From Alphaproteobacteria bacterium (GTDB lineage: Bacteria > Pseudomonadota > Alphaproteobacteria > JAEULC01), in NCBI GenBank assembly GCA_023150455.1, contig JAKLKW010000028.1:1671-65670 (forward strand): a DNA stretch of 64,000 bases, read 5' to 3'. The notes beneath the pieces were generated by a model. That model ran no database searches, was not told where the DNA came from, and worked only from the letters and a program-made list of their open reading frames with translations. The translations under genes and the position numbers were made by a program. Each line of letters starts with the position of its first letter. The stretch's first letter is position 1. This document shows, in pieces, positions 29,442 through 41,499 of the stretch.

Positions 29442-29630
29442 GGGCTGAGATCGGCAGACGCCCAGCTTCGCGCGCTGGTTTAAAAAAAAAGTAAATCGCG
29501 CGCGGTAAGGCCGCTGATTTTGTGTGTGTTTTCGATAGAGTTTAGGAAATCCGATCCTCGGATGATTTGTTAAGGTCTGCCGACGCTCCAGGCCTGGGCG
29601 CTAACCACCTCATGCCGGCCCGGCCGCCCC

Positions 29631-29665
29631 TTGACCTTCCAGTCTCTGGGATCTCCACCTATATG
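29631..29665 (+). promoter_or_regulatory. MerR/CueR-type promoter upstream of copA (-35 TTGACC, long spacer containing an imperfect dyad)
   Basis: cTTGACCTTCCAGTCTCTGGGATCTCCACCTATAT resembles E. coli PcopA (TTGACCTTCCCCTTGCTGGAAGGT). A cueR homolog lies directly downstream of copA. Confidence 0.55.
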
Positions 29666-29695
29666 AGGCAGCAACGCGTACAGGAATCCGGGCCC

Positions 29696-32071
<2,376 letters not shown>

Positions 32072-32087
32072 CCATGGAGTGTCGCGC

Positions 32088-32525
32088 ATGAACATCGGCA
32101 TCGCGGCCGAGCGCTCCGGCGTACCGGCCAAGACCATCCGCTACTACGAGAGCATCGGCCTGATCCGCCCGGCCGCGCGCACCGCGGGCAACTACCGCGA
32201 CTACGACGACCACGACCTTCAGACGCTGCGCTTCATCCAGCGCGCGCGCCGGCTCGGCTTCTCGGTCAAGGACGTGGCGAACCTGCTTGCGCTCTGGCGC
32301 GATCGCGGCCGCGCCAGCGCCGACGTGAAGCGCCTGGCCGAGGGGCACCTGGCCGAGATCGACCGGCGCATGCAGGAGCTGCGCGGCATGCGCGACACGC
32401 TCCTGCACCTGATGGATCGCTGCCATGGCGACGAGCGGCCGGATTGCCCGATCCTGGAGGAGCTGGCCGGGGCGGCGGCACGCGAAGCCGGGCGCGGGCA
32501 CCGGGGAGGCCGGGCGCAGCATTAA
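32088..32525 (+). CDS. cueR: Cu(I)-responsive MerR-family regulator (CueR/HmrR)
   Basis: MNIGIAAERSGVPAKTIRYYESIGLI HTH, with a C-terminal metal loop CHGDERPDCP. Confidence 0.9.
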   Translation: MNIGIAAERSGVPAKTIRYYESIGLIRPAARTAGNYRDYDDHDLQTLRFIQRARRLGFSVKDVANLLALWRDRGRASADVKRLAEGHLAEIDRRMQELRGMRDTLLHLMDRCHGDERPDCPILEELAGAAAREAGRGHRGGRAQH

Positions 32526-32607
32526 AATTTGTTCACGCAGGATTCCTCCGGCAGCCCCGTGGATAGGACTGTCGCGGGGACATGCGGACACTCCGGAGGA
32601 GTTAACG

Positions 32608-33195
32608 ATGAGCAGGAAAACGAAACTGGGCCTTTCGGCCCTTGCGGTGATCGTCGGCCTCGGCAGCGGCGCGGCCTTGGTCGGCCCCAGCCTGGCGCAG
32701 GCCGTCGGTGGCCCCGGGCCGCAGGCCGGTGCGCCCGCGCAGATGGGCAAGCATCATCGCGGCGAATTCAGGCACGCGAATCTCGGCCATCGGAGCTTCG
32801 GCCGGATCGACGGGCGGCTGGCCTTCCTCAAGGCCGAGCTGAAGATCACCCCCGCGCAGGAACCGCAGTGGGCGGCCTATGAGAAGGTCATGCGCGAGAA
32901 TGCAGCCGCGATGAAGGCCCGGTTCGAGACGATGCGCGCCGAGCGCGAGAAGGCGCGCGAGGAGGCCAAGGCCCAGGGCAAGGACCGGCCCGAGATCAAG
33001 AGTTTGAACGCGGTCGAGCGCATGGAGCGCATGCAGGCCTTCGGCAAGGAGCGCCTGGAGCACCAGGCCAAGGTGCTGGACGCCTTCAAGCCGCTCTACG
33101 CCTCGCTGTCGGACGAGCAGAAGAAGACCGCCGACGAGCTGTTCGCCCATCGCGGCGGGCATCGCGGCCATGGCCCCCGCATGGGCCGCCACTAA
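32608..33195 (+). CDS. Spy/CpxP-family (LTxxQ motif) periplasmic protein with a His-rich C-terminus
   Basis: ATG 32608 follows GGAGGA. Signal peptide, ITPAQEPQW and LSDEQKKT LTxxQ-like motifs, and a C-terminal HRGGHRGHGPRMGRH. Confidence 0.65.
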   Translation: MSRKTKLGLSALAVIVGLGSGAALVGPSLAQAVGGPGPQAGAPAQMGKHHRGEFRHANLGHRSFGRIDGRLAFLKAELKITPAQEPQWAAYEKVMRENAAAMKARFETMRAEREKAREEAKAQGKDRPEIKSLNAVERMERMQAFGKERLEHQAKVLDAFKPLYASLSDEQKKTADELFAHRGGHRGHGPRMGRH

Positions 33196-33229
33196 GCGCA
33201 ATCAAGAACAAGAGACATCCTGAACTTGC

Positions 33230-33274
33230 GGCGCCGCCTGGCCGTCCCCCCGGCCGGGCGGCGCCTCTCTTTTG
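33230..33274 (+). terminator. Rho-independent terminator after the Spy-like gene
   Basis: GC-rich stem ggcgccgcctggccg / ggccgggcggcgcc followed by tctcttttgtg. Confidence 0.6.
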
Positions 33275-33421
33275 TGCATCCGATGCTTGTGCTCGGCGGC
33301 AGCAATTTCGACGTTCAATCATCCGGTTAATTGCCGCCGGCCAATGTCCCAGTCTTGTCACGAGCGCCGACGCGGACTCGCGCGTAGAGGATGGCCTGTA
33401 GAAACCCGAATGGAGGCCCCC

Positions 33422-34174
<753 letters not shown>

Positions 34175-34209
34175 CGCCGGGCTTCGCGACGACAGCGGGG
34201 CGCGTGCCC

Positions 34210-34231
34210 GGCGGCCGTTGATCCGGCCGCC
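34210..34231. repeat. 22-nt GC hairpin ggcggccgttgatccggccgcc, copy 1 (identical copy at 42450..42471)
   Basis: Exact 22-mer found twice, each time just downstream of (copy 1) or overlapping (copy 2) a plus-strand stop codon. 8-bp stem and 6-nt loop. Confidence 0.8.
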
Positions 34232-34299
34232 AAGTCATCGGCAGCGCGGTAGTGGGTCACTTTGAAATTTGCCCGGGCTCGCCCCGCTGTTGGCTGAAG

Positions 34300-34626
34300 T
34301 GGATGAAGTGGACCGCGATCTGCGCCGATACGAAACTGATACCGCCCTTCTACGTCAGCACCAGCTATGCCGAGCGGGCGAACCTCTCGATCCGTATGGG
34401 GCTGCGCCGGTTCACGCGGTTGACCAATGCTTTCAGCAGGAAGGTCGAAAACCACATCCATGCGCTGTCGATCTACTACATGCATTACAACTACGCGCGC
34501 ATCCATCAGTCCTTGCGCGTCACGCCCGCGATGGCGGCCGGGATCACGGACAAGCCGTGGTCGATCGCCGATATCGTCGCCATCGTTGATGCCTGGGGAG
34601 AGCGTCAGCGTCGATTTGCCGCGTGA
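34300..34626 (+). mobile_element. Internally deleted DDE transposase remnant (IS1-like C-terminal signature)
   Basis: ...DTKLIPPFYV|STSYAERANLSIRMGLRRFTRLTNAFSRKVENHIHALSIYYMHYNYARIHQSLRVTPAMAAGI. This is the conserved transposase C-terminus joined directly to a short upstream segment. No catalytic core or terminal repeats were seen. Confidence 0.65.
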
Positions 34627-34811
34627 CAAGCCCGGTATGTGCTTTCCGCGCATCAACCAGTTTTAACGATTTCAATGCCTTAGTTTATTTGCGGCCGATC
34701 CTGCTCAAGAAGAGTTGGATTGATGGGGAGTGCAATTAGCTGCAAAGTATTATGTAGGGGGTTCAAGGGGAGTGGGTGCTGGGAAGAGCACTTAAACGCC
34801 GGAGCAAGGAA

Positions 34812-35117
34812 ATGGTGGTTTTGACGTGCGTCGCTCACGGAAGCGGTGATCGATGGGAAGCTTATTGCCTTGATCTCGATCTCGCAGTCCACGGCAATTC
34901 CCCGCACCAAGTTCAATCGCGCCTGGAGGAGGCGATCGAGGATTACGTCGCGGCCGCTAAGGAAGAGGCGGAGCCCGTGCGTTCTCGTCTTTTGAATCGG
35001 CGAGCGCCGCTCCACGTTCGTCTTCCTTGGGCGTTGCGCATTCTTTTCGCCGCGATCTTTGGCAAGAAGCCTGACAATGATGGCGTTGTCGGGTTTCAGG
35101 TTCCTTGTCGCGCCTAA
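34812..35117 (+). CDS. HicB-like (UPF0150-fold) putative antitoxin
   Basis: ATG 34812 follows GGAGCAAGGA. N-terminus VVLTCVAHGSGDRWEAYCLDLDLAVHGNSPHQVQSRLEEAIEDYV fits the HicB N-domain pattern. No recognisable DNA-binding C-domain. Lies in a low-GC islet. Confidence 0.4.
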   Translation: MVVLTCVAHGSGDRWEAYCLDLDLAVHGNSPHQVQSRLEEAIEDYVAAAKEEAEPVRSRLLNRRAPLHVRLPWALRILFAAIFGKKPDNDGVVGFQVPCRA

Positions 35118-35278
35118 AGTGCTCGTTCGGCGAGTTCATCGAGATTGTCACCGCGAATGGCTTTGCCCTGCACCGACAGGGGGCAACCAGCCACGCAATT
35201 TATCGCAGGCAAGTTGGCGACCAAGTGTGGCTTGTCACAATTTCAAACCGACCCAGTACCGGCAGCGCGCGCGATTGA
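35105..35278 (+). CDS. HicA-like small toxin, C-terminally short (below the ORF-track cutoff)
   Basis: TTG 35105 to TGA 35276-35278. Translation: MSRLKCSFGEFIEIVTANGFALHRQGATSHAIYRRQVGDQVWLVTISNRPSTGSARD. Fits the HicA pattern (..L...GF...RQ.GSH..Y......VT.P). Overlaps the upstream ORF by 13 nt. Confidence 0.45.
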   Translation: MSRLKCSFGEFIEIVTANGFALHRQGATSHAIYRRQVGDQVWLVTISNRPSTGSARD

Positions 35279-35321
35279 CTCGCCCCCGCTCCGCCGTAGT
35301 ACCTTGGGGGCGCCAGGAGGA

Positions 35322-35506
35322 TCCCGCGGGAGAGACTGCCCGGAGCCCACAGGCTTCAGGGCGGCGCCGAAGGAGCAACGGCCCCGAAACTCTCAGGCAA
35401 AAGGACCGCGGGACTTATTGGGCGCTCTGGAAAGCGGGCCTCGCGGCCCCACCGACGGAGTAAGCCGGGCGATCCGGCGAATCTCTCAGGTCTAACGGAC
35501 AGAGTG
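35322..35506 (+). promoter_or_regulatory. Tandem glycine riboswitch (two aptamers) in the gcvT leader
   Basis: Aptamer 1: cgcGGGAGAG...GCGCCGAAGGAGCAA...CTCTCAGGCAAAAGGACcgcggg. Aptamer 2: CTCTGGAAAG...CCACCGACGGAGTAA...CTCTCAGGTCTAACGGACAGAG. Both match the Rfam glycine-riboswitch consensus cores. Confidence 0.9.
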
Positions 35507-35580
35507 GGGCGGTCATGCACGAGCCGGCGCGATGCCGGCCTTGATGGCCGTCGCAATGTCCGCTTTCCCGAGGGGCGCCG

Positions 35581-36696
35581 GTGGCCGATCAACATCCCGA
35601 GCTCGTTCTCCAACGCACGCCGCTGAACGCGCTGCACCGCGCGCTGGGCGCGAAGATGGTGCCGTTCGCCGGCTACGACATGCCGGTGCAGTATCCCGAC
35701 GGCATCCTGCGCGAGCATCTGCACACGCGCGAGGCGGCCGGCCTGTTCGACGTGTCGCACATGGGCCAGCTGCGCATCCGCGGCGCCGACGCGGCGAAGC
35801 GGCTGGAAGCCCTGGTCCCCGGCGACCTGCAGGCCCTGGCGCCCGGGCGCATGCGCTACACGATGCTGACCAACGAGGATGCCGGCATCCTCGACGACCT
35901 GATGGTGACGCGCTTCGACGACCACCTCGTGGTCGTCGTCAACGCCTCGTGCAAGGAAGCCGACACGGCGCACATCGCGAAGCGTCTGGGCGCGGCGGTC
36001 GAGCCGCTGCAGGACCGGGCCCTGATCGCGCTGCAAGGGCCGAAGGCCGCCGCCGCGCTGGCGCCGCTCGCGCCCGACGCGGGCAGGATGGCGTTCATGT
36101 CGGGCGCCTACATGCGCGTCGCCGGCATCGACGCCTTCGTGACGCGCTCCGGCTACACCGGCGAGGACGGCTACGAGGTTTCCGTTCCGGCCGACGCGGT
36201 CGAGGCGCTCGCCCGCAAGCTGCTGGCGCAGCCCGGCGTGAAGCCGATCGGCCTGGGCGCGCGCGATTCGCTGCGGCTCGAGGCCGGCCTGTGCCTGTAC
36301 GGCCACGACATCGACCACACAACGACGCCGATCGAGGCGAATCTGGTCTGGACGATCTCCAGGCGCCGGCGGGCGGAAGGCGGTTTTCCCGGCGCCGCCA
36401 TCGTGCAGCGCCAGCTCAAGGACGGGCCGGCGCGGCTGCGCATCGGCATCCAGCCGGAAGGGCGCGCGCCCGCGCGCGAAGGCACCGCGCTGGCGGACGC
36501 AGGCGGCGCTCCCGTCGGCCGGATCACCTCGGGCGGGTTCGGCCCGAGCGTCAACGGCCCGGTCGCGATGGGCTATGTCGCGCGCGCCAGCGCCGCGACC
36601 GGCACGAAGCTGCAGGCGATGGTGCGGGGCAAGCCGCTGCCGGCGCGCGTCGCCGCGCTGCCGTTCGTGCCGCACCGCTATCACAAGAGCACGTGA
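35581..36696 (+). CDS. gcvT: Glycine cleavage system aminomethyltransferase T
   Basis: 371 aa with a GTG start. [27 protein letters not shown]...[10 protein letters not shown]. Confidence 0.95.
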   Translation: MADQHPELVLQRTPLNALHRALGAKMVPFAGYDMPVQYPDGILREHLHTREAAGLFDVSHMGQLRIRGADAAKRLEALVPGDLQALAPGRMRYTMLTNEDAGILDDLMVTRFDDHLVVVVNASCKEADTAHIAKRLGAAVEPLQDRALIALQGPKAAAALAPLAPDAGRMAFMSGAYMRVAGIDAFVTRSGYTGEDGYEVSVPADAVEALARKLLAQPGVKPIGLGARDSLRLEAGLCLYGHDIDHTTTPIEANLVWTISRRRRAEGGFPGAAIVQRQLKDGPARLRIGIQPEGRAPAREGTALADAGGAPVGRITSGGFGPSVNGPVAMGYVARASAATGTKLQAMVRGKPLPARVAALPFVPHRYHKST

Positions 36697-36720
36697 AGTC
36701 GAGCCAACAGGGGAATTCGG

Positions 36721-37098
36721 ATGGCAGATCGCAAGTTCAGCAAGGACCACGAATGGATCGAGGTCGACGGCGCCGTCGGCACGATCGGCATCACCGACTA
36801 CGCGCAGGGCCAGCTGGGCGACGTGGTCTTCGTCGAGCTGCCGGAGCCCGGCAGGAAGCTGGCCAAGGGCGACGCCGCGGCCGTGGTCGAGTCGGTCAAG
36901 GCGGCGAGCGAAGTCTACACGCCGGTCAGCGGCGAGGTGACCGCCGGCAACCAGGCGATCGTCGACGACCCGGCCAAGGTCAACGCCGAGGCCGAAGGCG
37001 GCGCGTGGTTCTTCAAGGTGAAGCTCGCCGATCCCGGCGAGCTTGGCGGACTGATGGACCGCACCGCCTACGACGCGTTCCTGAAGACGCTGGCCTGA
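36721..37098 (+). CDS. gcvH: Glycine cleavage system H protein
   Basis: 125 aa. Lipoyl-lysine motif [11 protein letters not shown] and the N-terminal motif HEWIE. Confidence 0.95.
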   Translation: MADRKFSKDHEWIEVDGAVGTIGITDYAQGQLGDVVFVELPEPGRKLAKGDAAAVVESVKAASEVYTPVSGEVTAGNQAIVDDPAKVNAEAEGGAWFFKVKLADPGELGGLMDRTAYDAFLKTLA

Positions 37099-37100
37099 CC

Positions 37101-38447
37101 ATGCGCTACATGCCGCATACCGAGGCCGACCGCCGCGCCATGCTGCAGGCGATCGGCGTGCCTTCGGTCGACAGCCTGTTCCGCGACGTGCCGGAGGCGG
37201 CGCGCCTCAAGGGGCCGGTCGACCTGCCGCCGCACCAGGGCGAGCTGGAGGTCGAGCGCGCCATCGCCGCGATGGCGGCGCGCAACCTCGGCACGGCCTC
37301 GGCGCCGAGCTTCCTCGGCGCCGGCGCCTATCGCCATCACGTGCCGGCCGCGGTCGACCACCTGATCCAGCGCGGCGAGTTCCTGACCTCCTACACGCCC
37401 TATCAGCCCGAAGTGTCGCAGGGCACGCTGCAGTACCTGTTCGAGTTCCAGACCCAGGTCGCGCTGCTGACCGGCATGGAGGTCGCGAACGCGTCGATGT
37501 ACGACGGCGCGTCGGCGGCGTCCGAGGCCGTGGTGATGGCGACGCGCGTGACGAAGCGCGATCGCGCCGTGCTGTCGGGCAACCTGCATCCGCACTATCG
37601 CGAGGTCGTCGCCACCAATGCCGGGCTCCTCGGCATCGCGCTCGACGCGGCGCCCCCCTGCCCGGACGGGGCGGAGGACCTGGCCCGGCGCATCGACGAC
37701 AAGACCGCCTGCGTCGTCGTGCAGAACCCCGGCTTCTTCGGCCAAATACGCGACTTCACGAAGCTCGCCGAGGCGTGCCGAGCCAGGGGCGCGCTGCTGA
37801 TCGTCGCGGTGACCGAAGTCGTGTCGCTCGGCGCGCTCAAGCCGCCGGGCGAGATGGGCGCCGACATCGTCGTGGCGGAAGGCCAGTCGCTCGGCAATCC
37901 GCTCGGCTTCGGCGGCCCCTATGTCGGCCTGTTCGCGACGCGCGAGAAGTTCCTCCGGCAGATGCCGGGCCGGCTTTGCGGCCAGACCGTCGACGCCGAC
38001 GGGCAGCGCGGCTTCGTGCTGACGCTGTCGACCCGCGAGCAGCACATCCGCCGCGAGAAGGCGACCAGCAACATCTGCACGAACTCGGGACTTTGCGCAC
38101 TCGCCTTCACCATCCACCTGACGCTCCTGGGCGAGGCCGGCTTCCGCCGCCTGGCCGCGCTCAATCACGCGCGCGCGGCGCAGCTGGCCGAGCGCCTGGA
38201 GAAGACCAGGGGAGTCGAAGTGGTCGGCGACGGTTTCTTCAACGAGTTCGCGGTCCGTCTCGAGGGACGCAAGGCGGTGGACGTGGTCGAGCAATTGGCA
38301 GGCAAGCGCATCCTCGCCGGAGTGCCGGTGGCGCGACTCTATCCCGACCGGCCGGAGCTGGCCGACCTGCTGCTGGTGGCGGCGACGGAGCTGACGACCG
38401 ATCGGGACATCGATGCGCTGGCGACGGCGCTGGAAGGGGCACGCTGA
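37101..38447 (+). CDS. gcvPA: Glycine dehydrogenase (decarboxylating) subunit 1
   Basis: [20 protein letters not shown]... 448 aa, lying in the long frame 35532..38447. Confidence 0.95.
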   Translation: MRYMPHTEADRRAMLQAIGVPSVDSLFRDVPEAARLKGPVDLPPHQGELEVERAIAAMAARNLGTASAPSFLGAGAYRHHVPAAVDHLIQRGEFLTSYTPYQPEVSQGTLQYLFEFQTQVALLTGMEVANASMYDGASAASEAVVMATRVTKRDRAVLSGNLHPHYREVVATNAGLLGIALDAAPPCPDGAEDLARRIDDKTACVVVQNPGFFGQIRDFTKLAEACRARGALLIVAVTEVVSLGALKPPGEMGADIVVAEGQSLGNPLGFGGPYVGLFATREKFLRQMPGRLCGQTVDADGQRGFVLTLSTREQHIRREKATSNICTNSGLCALAFTIHLTLLGEAGFRRLAALNHARAAQLAERLEKTRGVEVVGDGFFNEFAVRLEGRKAVDVVEQLAGKRILAGVPVARLYPDRPELADLLLVAATELTTDRDIDALATALEGAR

Positions 38448-39970
38448 TGAGCACGAACCCGCACGGCACGATCACCGGCAATCGCGGCCTGCAGCTGGAA
38501 GAGCCGCTCATCTTCGAGCAGGGCGCGGACGGACGCTCGGGCGTCGACCTGCCCGAGCCGCCCAAGGTGAAGAGCCGCCTCGGCGGGCTGGAGCGCCAGG
38601 GCGCGATCGGCCTGCCGGGCCTGAGCGAGCCGCAGGCGATCCGGCACTACACGCGCTTGAGCCAGAAGAACTACGCCATCGACGCCGGCATGTACCCGCT
38701 CGGCTCCTGCACCATGAAGCACAACCCGCGGCTCAACGAGAAGTTGGTGCGCCTGGGCGGCCTCGCCGACCTGCATCCGCTGCAGCCGGTTTCGACCGTG
38801 CAGGGCGCGCTGGAGCTGATCGACACGCTGGCGCATTGGCTGAAGACGCTGACCGGCATGCCGGCGGTCGCCATGTCGCCCGCTGCTGGAGCTCAGGGAG
38901 AATTATGCGGCGTGATGGCGATGAAGGCGGCGCACGACGCCAAGGGCAACTCGAAGCGCGTGCGCATCCTGGTGCCCGAGTCGGCGCACGGCACCAACCC
39001 GGCCACGGCGGCGGCCTGCGGCTACCAGGTCGAGGCGATCCCCGCCGACGCGCGCGGCCGCGTCGACCTCGCCGCGCTCAAGGCCAGGCTCGGCCCCGAC
39101 GTCGCCGGCATCATGATCACCAACCCGAACACCTGCGGCCTGTTCGAGAACGACATGATCGAGATCGGCCGCGCGGTGCATGCGGCCGGCGGCTTCTTCT
39201 ACTGCGACGGCGCCAACTTCAACGCCATCGTCGGCCGCGTGCGGCCGGGCGACCTCGGCATCGACTGCATGCACATCAACCTGCACAAGACCTTCTCGAC
39301 GCCGCACGGCGGCGGCGGGCCGGGCAGCGGGCCGGTGGTGCTGTCGGCGGCGCTGGCGCCCTACGCGCCCTTGCCCTGGGTTGTTCACGGGAAGGACGGG
39401 TTTGCGCTCGTCGAGCAGACGGAAGGCACGGCCAGGTCGGCCACCGGGCGCCTCAAGGCCTTCCACGGCCAGATGGGCATGTTCGTGCGCGCGCTCGCCT
39501 ACATGATGAGCCATGGCGCCGACGGCCTGCGCCAGGCCGCGGGCGACGCGGTGCTCAACGCCAACTACGTGCTGGCGCGCTTGAGCGACGTGATGTCGGC
39601 GCCGTTCCCGGGCCCATGCATGCACGAGGCGCTGTTCGACGACCGCTTCCTCAACGGCTCGGGCGTCAGCACGCTCGACATCGCCAAGGCGATGATCGAC
39701 GAGGGCTTCCATCCCATGACCATGTATTTCCCGCTGGTCGTGCACGGCGCCTTCCTGATCGAGCCGACCGAGAGCGAGAGCAAGGCCTCGCTCGACCAGT
39801 TCATCGCGGTCATGCGCGGACTGGCCGAGCGCGTGAAGAAGGGCGACACGGACCACTTCCACCAGGCGCCGCGCTACACGCCGCGCCGCCGCCTCGACGA
39901 GACGCAGGCCGCGCGCAAGCCGGTGCTGCGCTGGCGCCCGCCCGCGCCGGACAAGCAGGCGGCGGAGTAG
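38447..39970 (+). CDS. gcvPB: Glycine dehydrogenase (decarboxylating) subunit 2
   Basis: ATG overlaps the gcvPA stop (ATGA). GSCTMKHNP and the PLP-lysine region NLHKTFSTPHGGGGPG. Confidence 0.95.
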   Translation: MSTNPHGTITGNRGLQLEEPLIFEQGADGRSGVDLPEPPKVKSRLGGLERQGAIGLPGLSEPQAIRHYTRLSQKNYAIDAGMYPLGSCTMKHNPRLNEKLVRLGGLADLHPLQPVSTVQGALELIDTLAHWLKTLTGMPAVAMSPAAGAQGELCGVMAMKAAHDAKGNSKRVRILVPESAHGTNPATAAACGYQVEAIPADARGRVDLAALKARLGPDVAGIMITNPNTCGLFENDMIEIGRAVHAAGGFFYCDGANFNAIVGRVRPGDLGIDCMHINLHKTFSTPHGGGGPGSGPVVLSAALAPYAPLPWVVHGKDGFALVEQTEGTARSATGRLKAFHGQMGMFVRALAYMMSHGADGLRQAAGDAVLNANYVLARLSDVMSAPFPGPCMHEALFDDRFLNGSGVSTLDIAKAMIDEGFHPMTMYFPLVVHGAFLIEPTESESKASLDQFIAVMRGLAERVKKGDTDHFHQAPRYTPRRRLDETQAARKPVLRWRPPAPDKQAAE

Positions 39971-39975
39971 GGGGC
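39890..39975 (+). repeat. Direct repeat copy A (last ~86 bp of gcvPB including the stop)
   Basis: About 80/86 identical to 40671..40756 by manual alignment. Confidence 0.9.
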
Positions 39976-40029
39976 GAACGGATAAAGCAATTTGCTTGAC
40001 GTGTATAATGCAAATTGCAATATGAGGCC

Positions 40030-40287
40030 ATGTGGTCGGTCACCTACACGGCCGAGGCGCTCGACGCGTTGAGCAGAATTGATCGGATCGTCGCCAAGCG
40101 CATACGGGCCAAGGTACTGGCCTTGGCGCAGGATCCGAGAGCGCCAAGCAACAACGTCAAGAAGCTGACCGGCGTCGAGGGCTATCGGCTGCGGGTAGGC
40201 GGCTGGCGCGTGATCTATACGTTGAAACAACAGGTCTTGACTGTCGTCGTGGTCAGGGTCGGGCATCGAAGCGAGGTCTACCAATGA
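40030..40287 (+). CDS. RelE/ParE-family toxin
   Basis: MWSVTYTAEALDALSRIDRIVAKRIRAKVLALAQDPRAP...KLTGVEGYRLRVGGWRVIYTL...VVVVRVGHRSEVY is the canonical RelE/ParE signature. A TATAAT box lies at 40004..40009. Confidence 0.85.
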   Translation: MWSVTYTAEALDALSRIDRIVAKRIRAKVLALAQDPRAPSNNVKKLTGVEGYRLRVGGWRVIYTLKQQVLTVVVVRVGHRSEVYQ

Positions 40288-40655
40288 GCAGACAGATCAT
40301 TACCCAGGACGGCAAACCGGCCTTCGTCGTGATCCCGATCGAGGAGTGGCGTCGTATCGAGGCGACGCTGGAGGATCGCGCCGACGCAGCTTCCGTGCGT
40401 GCATTCCTGAAGCATCCGACCGAGACGTTTCCGGACTCGGTGGTGGCGGCGATCCTGGATGGCGCGCATCCGCTCAAGGCGTTGCGGGAGCATCGCGGTA
40501 TGACCCAAGCCGAGCTTGCGAAGGCCTCCGGCACAAGCTCGGTTTACGTTTCGCAGATCGAGCGCGGCGGGCGCCGTGCCGGTCGTAGGCTGCGCGCGAA
40601 GCTTGGCAAGGCGCTGCGCGTCGAGCCCGAGGTGTTGGACCGCGCCGACGACTGA
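40284..40655 (+). CDS. Antitoxin with an N-terminal Phd-like segment and a C-terminal XRE helix-turn-helix
   Basis: ATGA overlap with the toxin. GKPAFVVIPIEEWRRIE, then LREHRGMTQAELAKASGTSSVYVSQIERG. Confidence 0.8.
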   Translation: MSRQIITQDGKPAFVVIPIEEWRRIEATLEDRADAASVRAFLKHPTETFPDSVVAAILDGAHPLKALREHRGMTQAELAKASGTSSVYVSQIERGGRRAGRRLRAKLGKALRVEPEVLDRADD

Positions 40656-40670
40656 GCGCGGACGCGCCGG

Positions 40671-40756
40671 CGCCTCGACGAGACGCCGGCCGCGCGCAAG
40701 CCCGTCCCGCGCTGGCGCCCGCCGGCGCCGGACAAGCAGGCGGCGGAGCAGGGGGC
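40671..40756 (+). repeat. Direct repeat copy B (diverged duplicate of the gcvPB 3' end, TAG changed to CAG)
   Basis: See copy A. It ends exactly at the vapC stop codon (40757). Confidence 0.9.
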
Positions 40757-41173
40757 CTATTTCGACTCGAAGGGGTTCAGCACGCGGACGCCAGATTTTT
40801 CAAGGCCGGCAGCGTCGCGCGTGACCAACGTCATGTCGTGGACGATGGCCGTCGCCGCCAGCAAGCCGTCGACCGGCGGCAAGGGATCTGGCGCAGCGAT
40901 CCTCCCCCATTCCTCCGCGACGGCACGGTCGACGATGAGCACACGGCCGGCAAATCTGGTGATCAGGGTTTCGAGCCAGCGTTCCAGGTTCCATGCTTGT
41001 GTGGGGTCGCTACGCCGAAGTCGCTCGATGCCGTTCCTGAGCTCGCCGATGACCAGCACGCTGGTGAAGACATCGGGCACGTACCGGGATTGAAACCATC
41101 GAGAAACCGCAGGATGGCACCGGACGCCCTTGCGCACTTCCGAGAGGACGTTGGTGTCGAGCAGGTACCTCAC
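40757..41173 (-). CDS. vapC: VapC toxin (PIN-domain ribonuclease)
   Basis: MRYLLDTNVLSE... with acidic PIN residues (D6, E43-like, D...TRD). 138 aa. Confidence 0.9.
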   Translation of the reverse strand: MRYLLDTNVLSEVRKGVRCHPAVSRWFQSRYVPDVFTSVLVIGELRNGIERLRRSDPTQAWNLERWLETLITRFAGRVLIVDRAVAEEWGRIAAPDPLPPVDGLLAATAIVHDMTLVTRDAAGLEKSGVRVLNPFESK

Positions 41174-41176
41174 CGT

Positions 41177-41479
41177 TCAATCGAGGTCGACAGGACGCGA
41201 GGGCCTGCGATCGCGCTGGAGCATCGAGTCGAACGCGTCATCGGGAAGATCGCAGGTAATCAACTTCATGAGTTCGGCCCCCGTAAGCACCTCGCCGGTG
41301 GCGGCGCGTAGTTGTCCGCGCAACAAATCACTGTCGGGCGTTTCTTCCCGCAAACGGCGCGCTACAGCGCGAATCAGCGCTGCATCCGCGCCGGGTACTT
41401 GCACTTCGACGCGCTCGAGCCCCTTGCGCTCTTGGCGTCGGCGGTGATCGGCTACCGCCTTCCGCGGGGTCTTTGCCAA
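41177..41479 (-). CDS. Putative VapB-type antitoxin (TTG start)
   Basis: TTG at 41479 lies 7 nt after GGAG. ~100 aa: MAKTPRKAVADHRRRQERKGLERVEVQVPGADAALIRAVARRL... The stop is 3 nt before the vapC start. The family call is uncertain. Confidence 0.55.
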   Translation of the reverse strand: MAKTPRKAVADHRRRQERKGLERVEVQVPGADAALIRAVARRLREETPDSDLLRGQLRAATGEVLTGAELMKLITCDLPDDAFDSMLQRDRRPSRPVDLD

Positions 41480-41499
41480 ATGACTTCTCCACTCGATTT

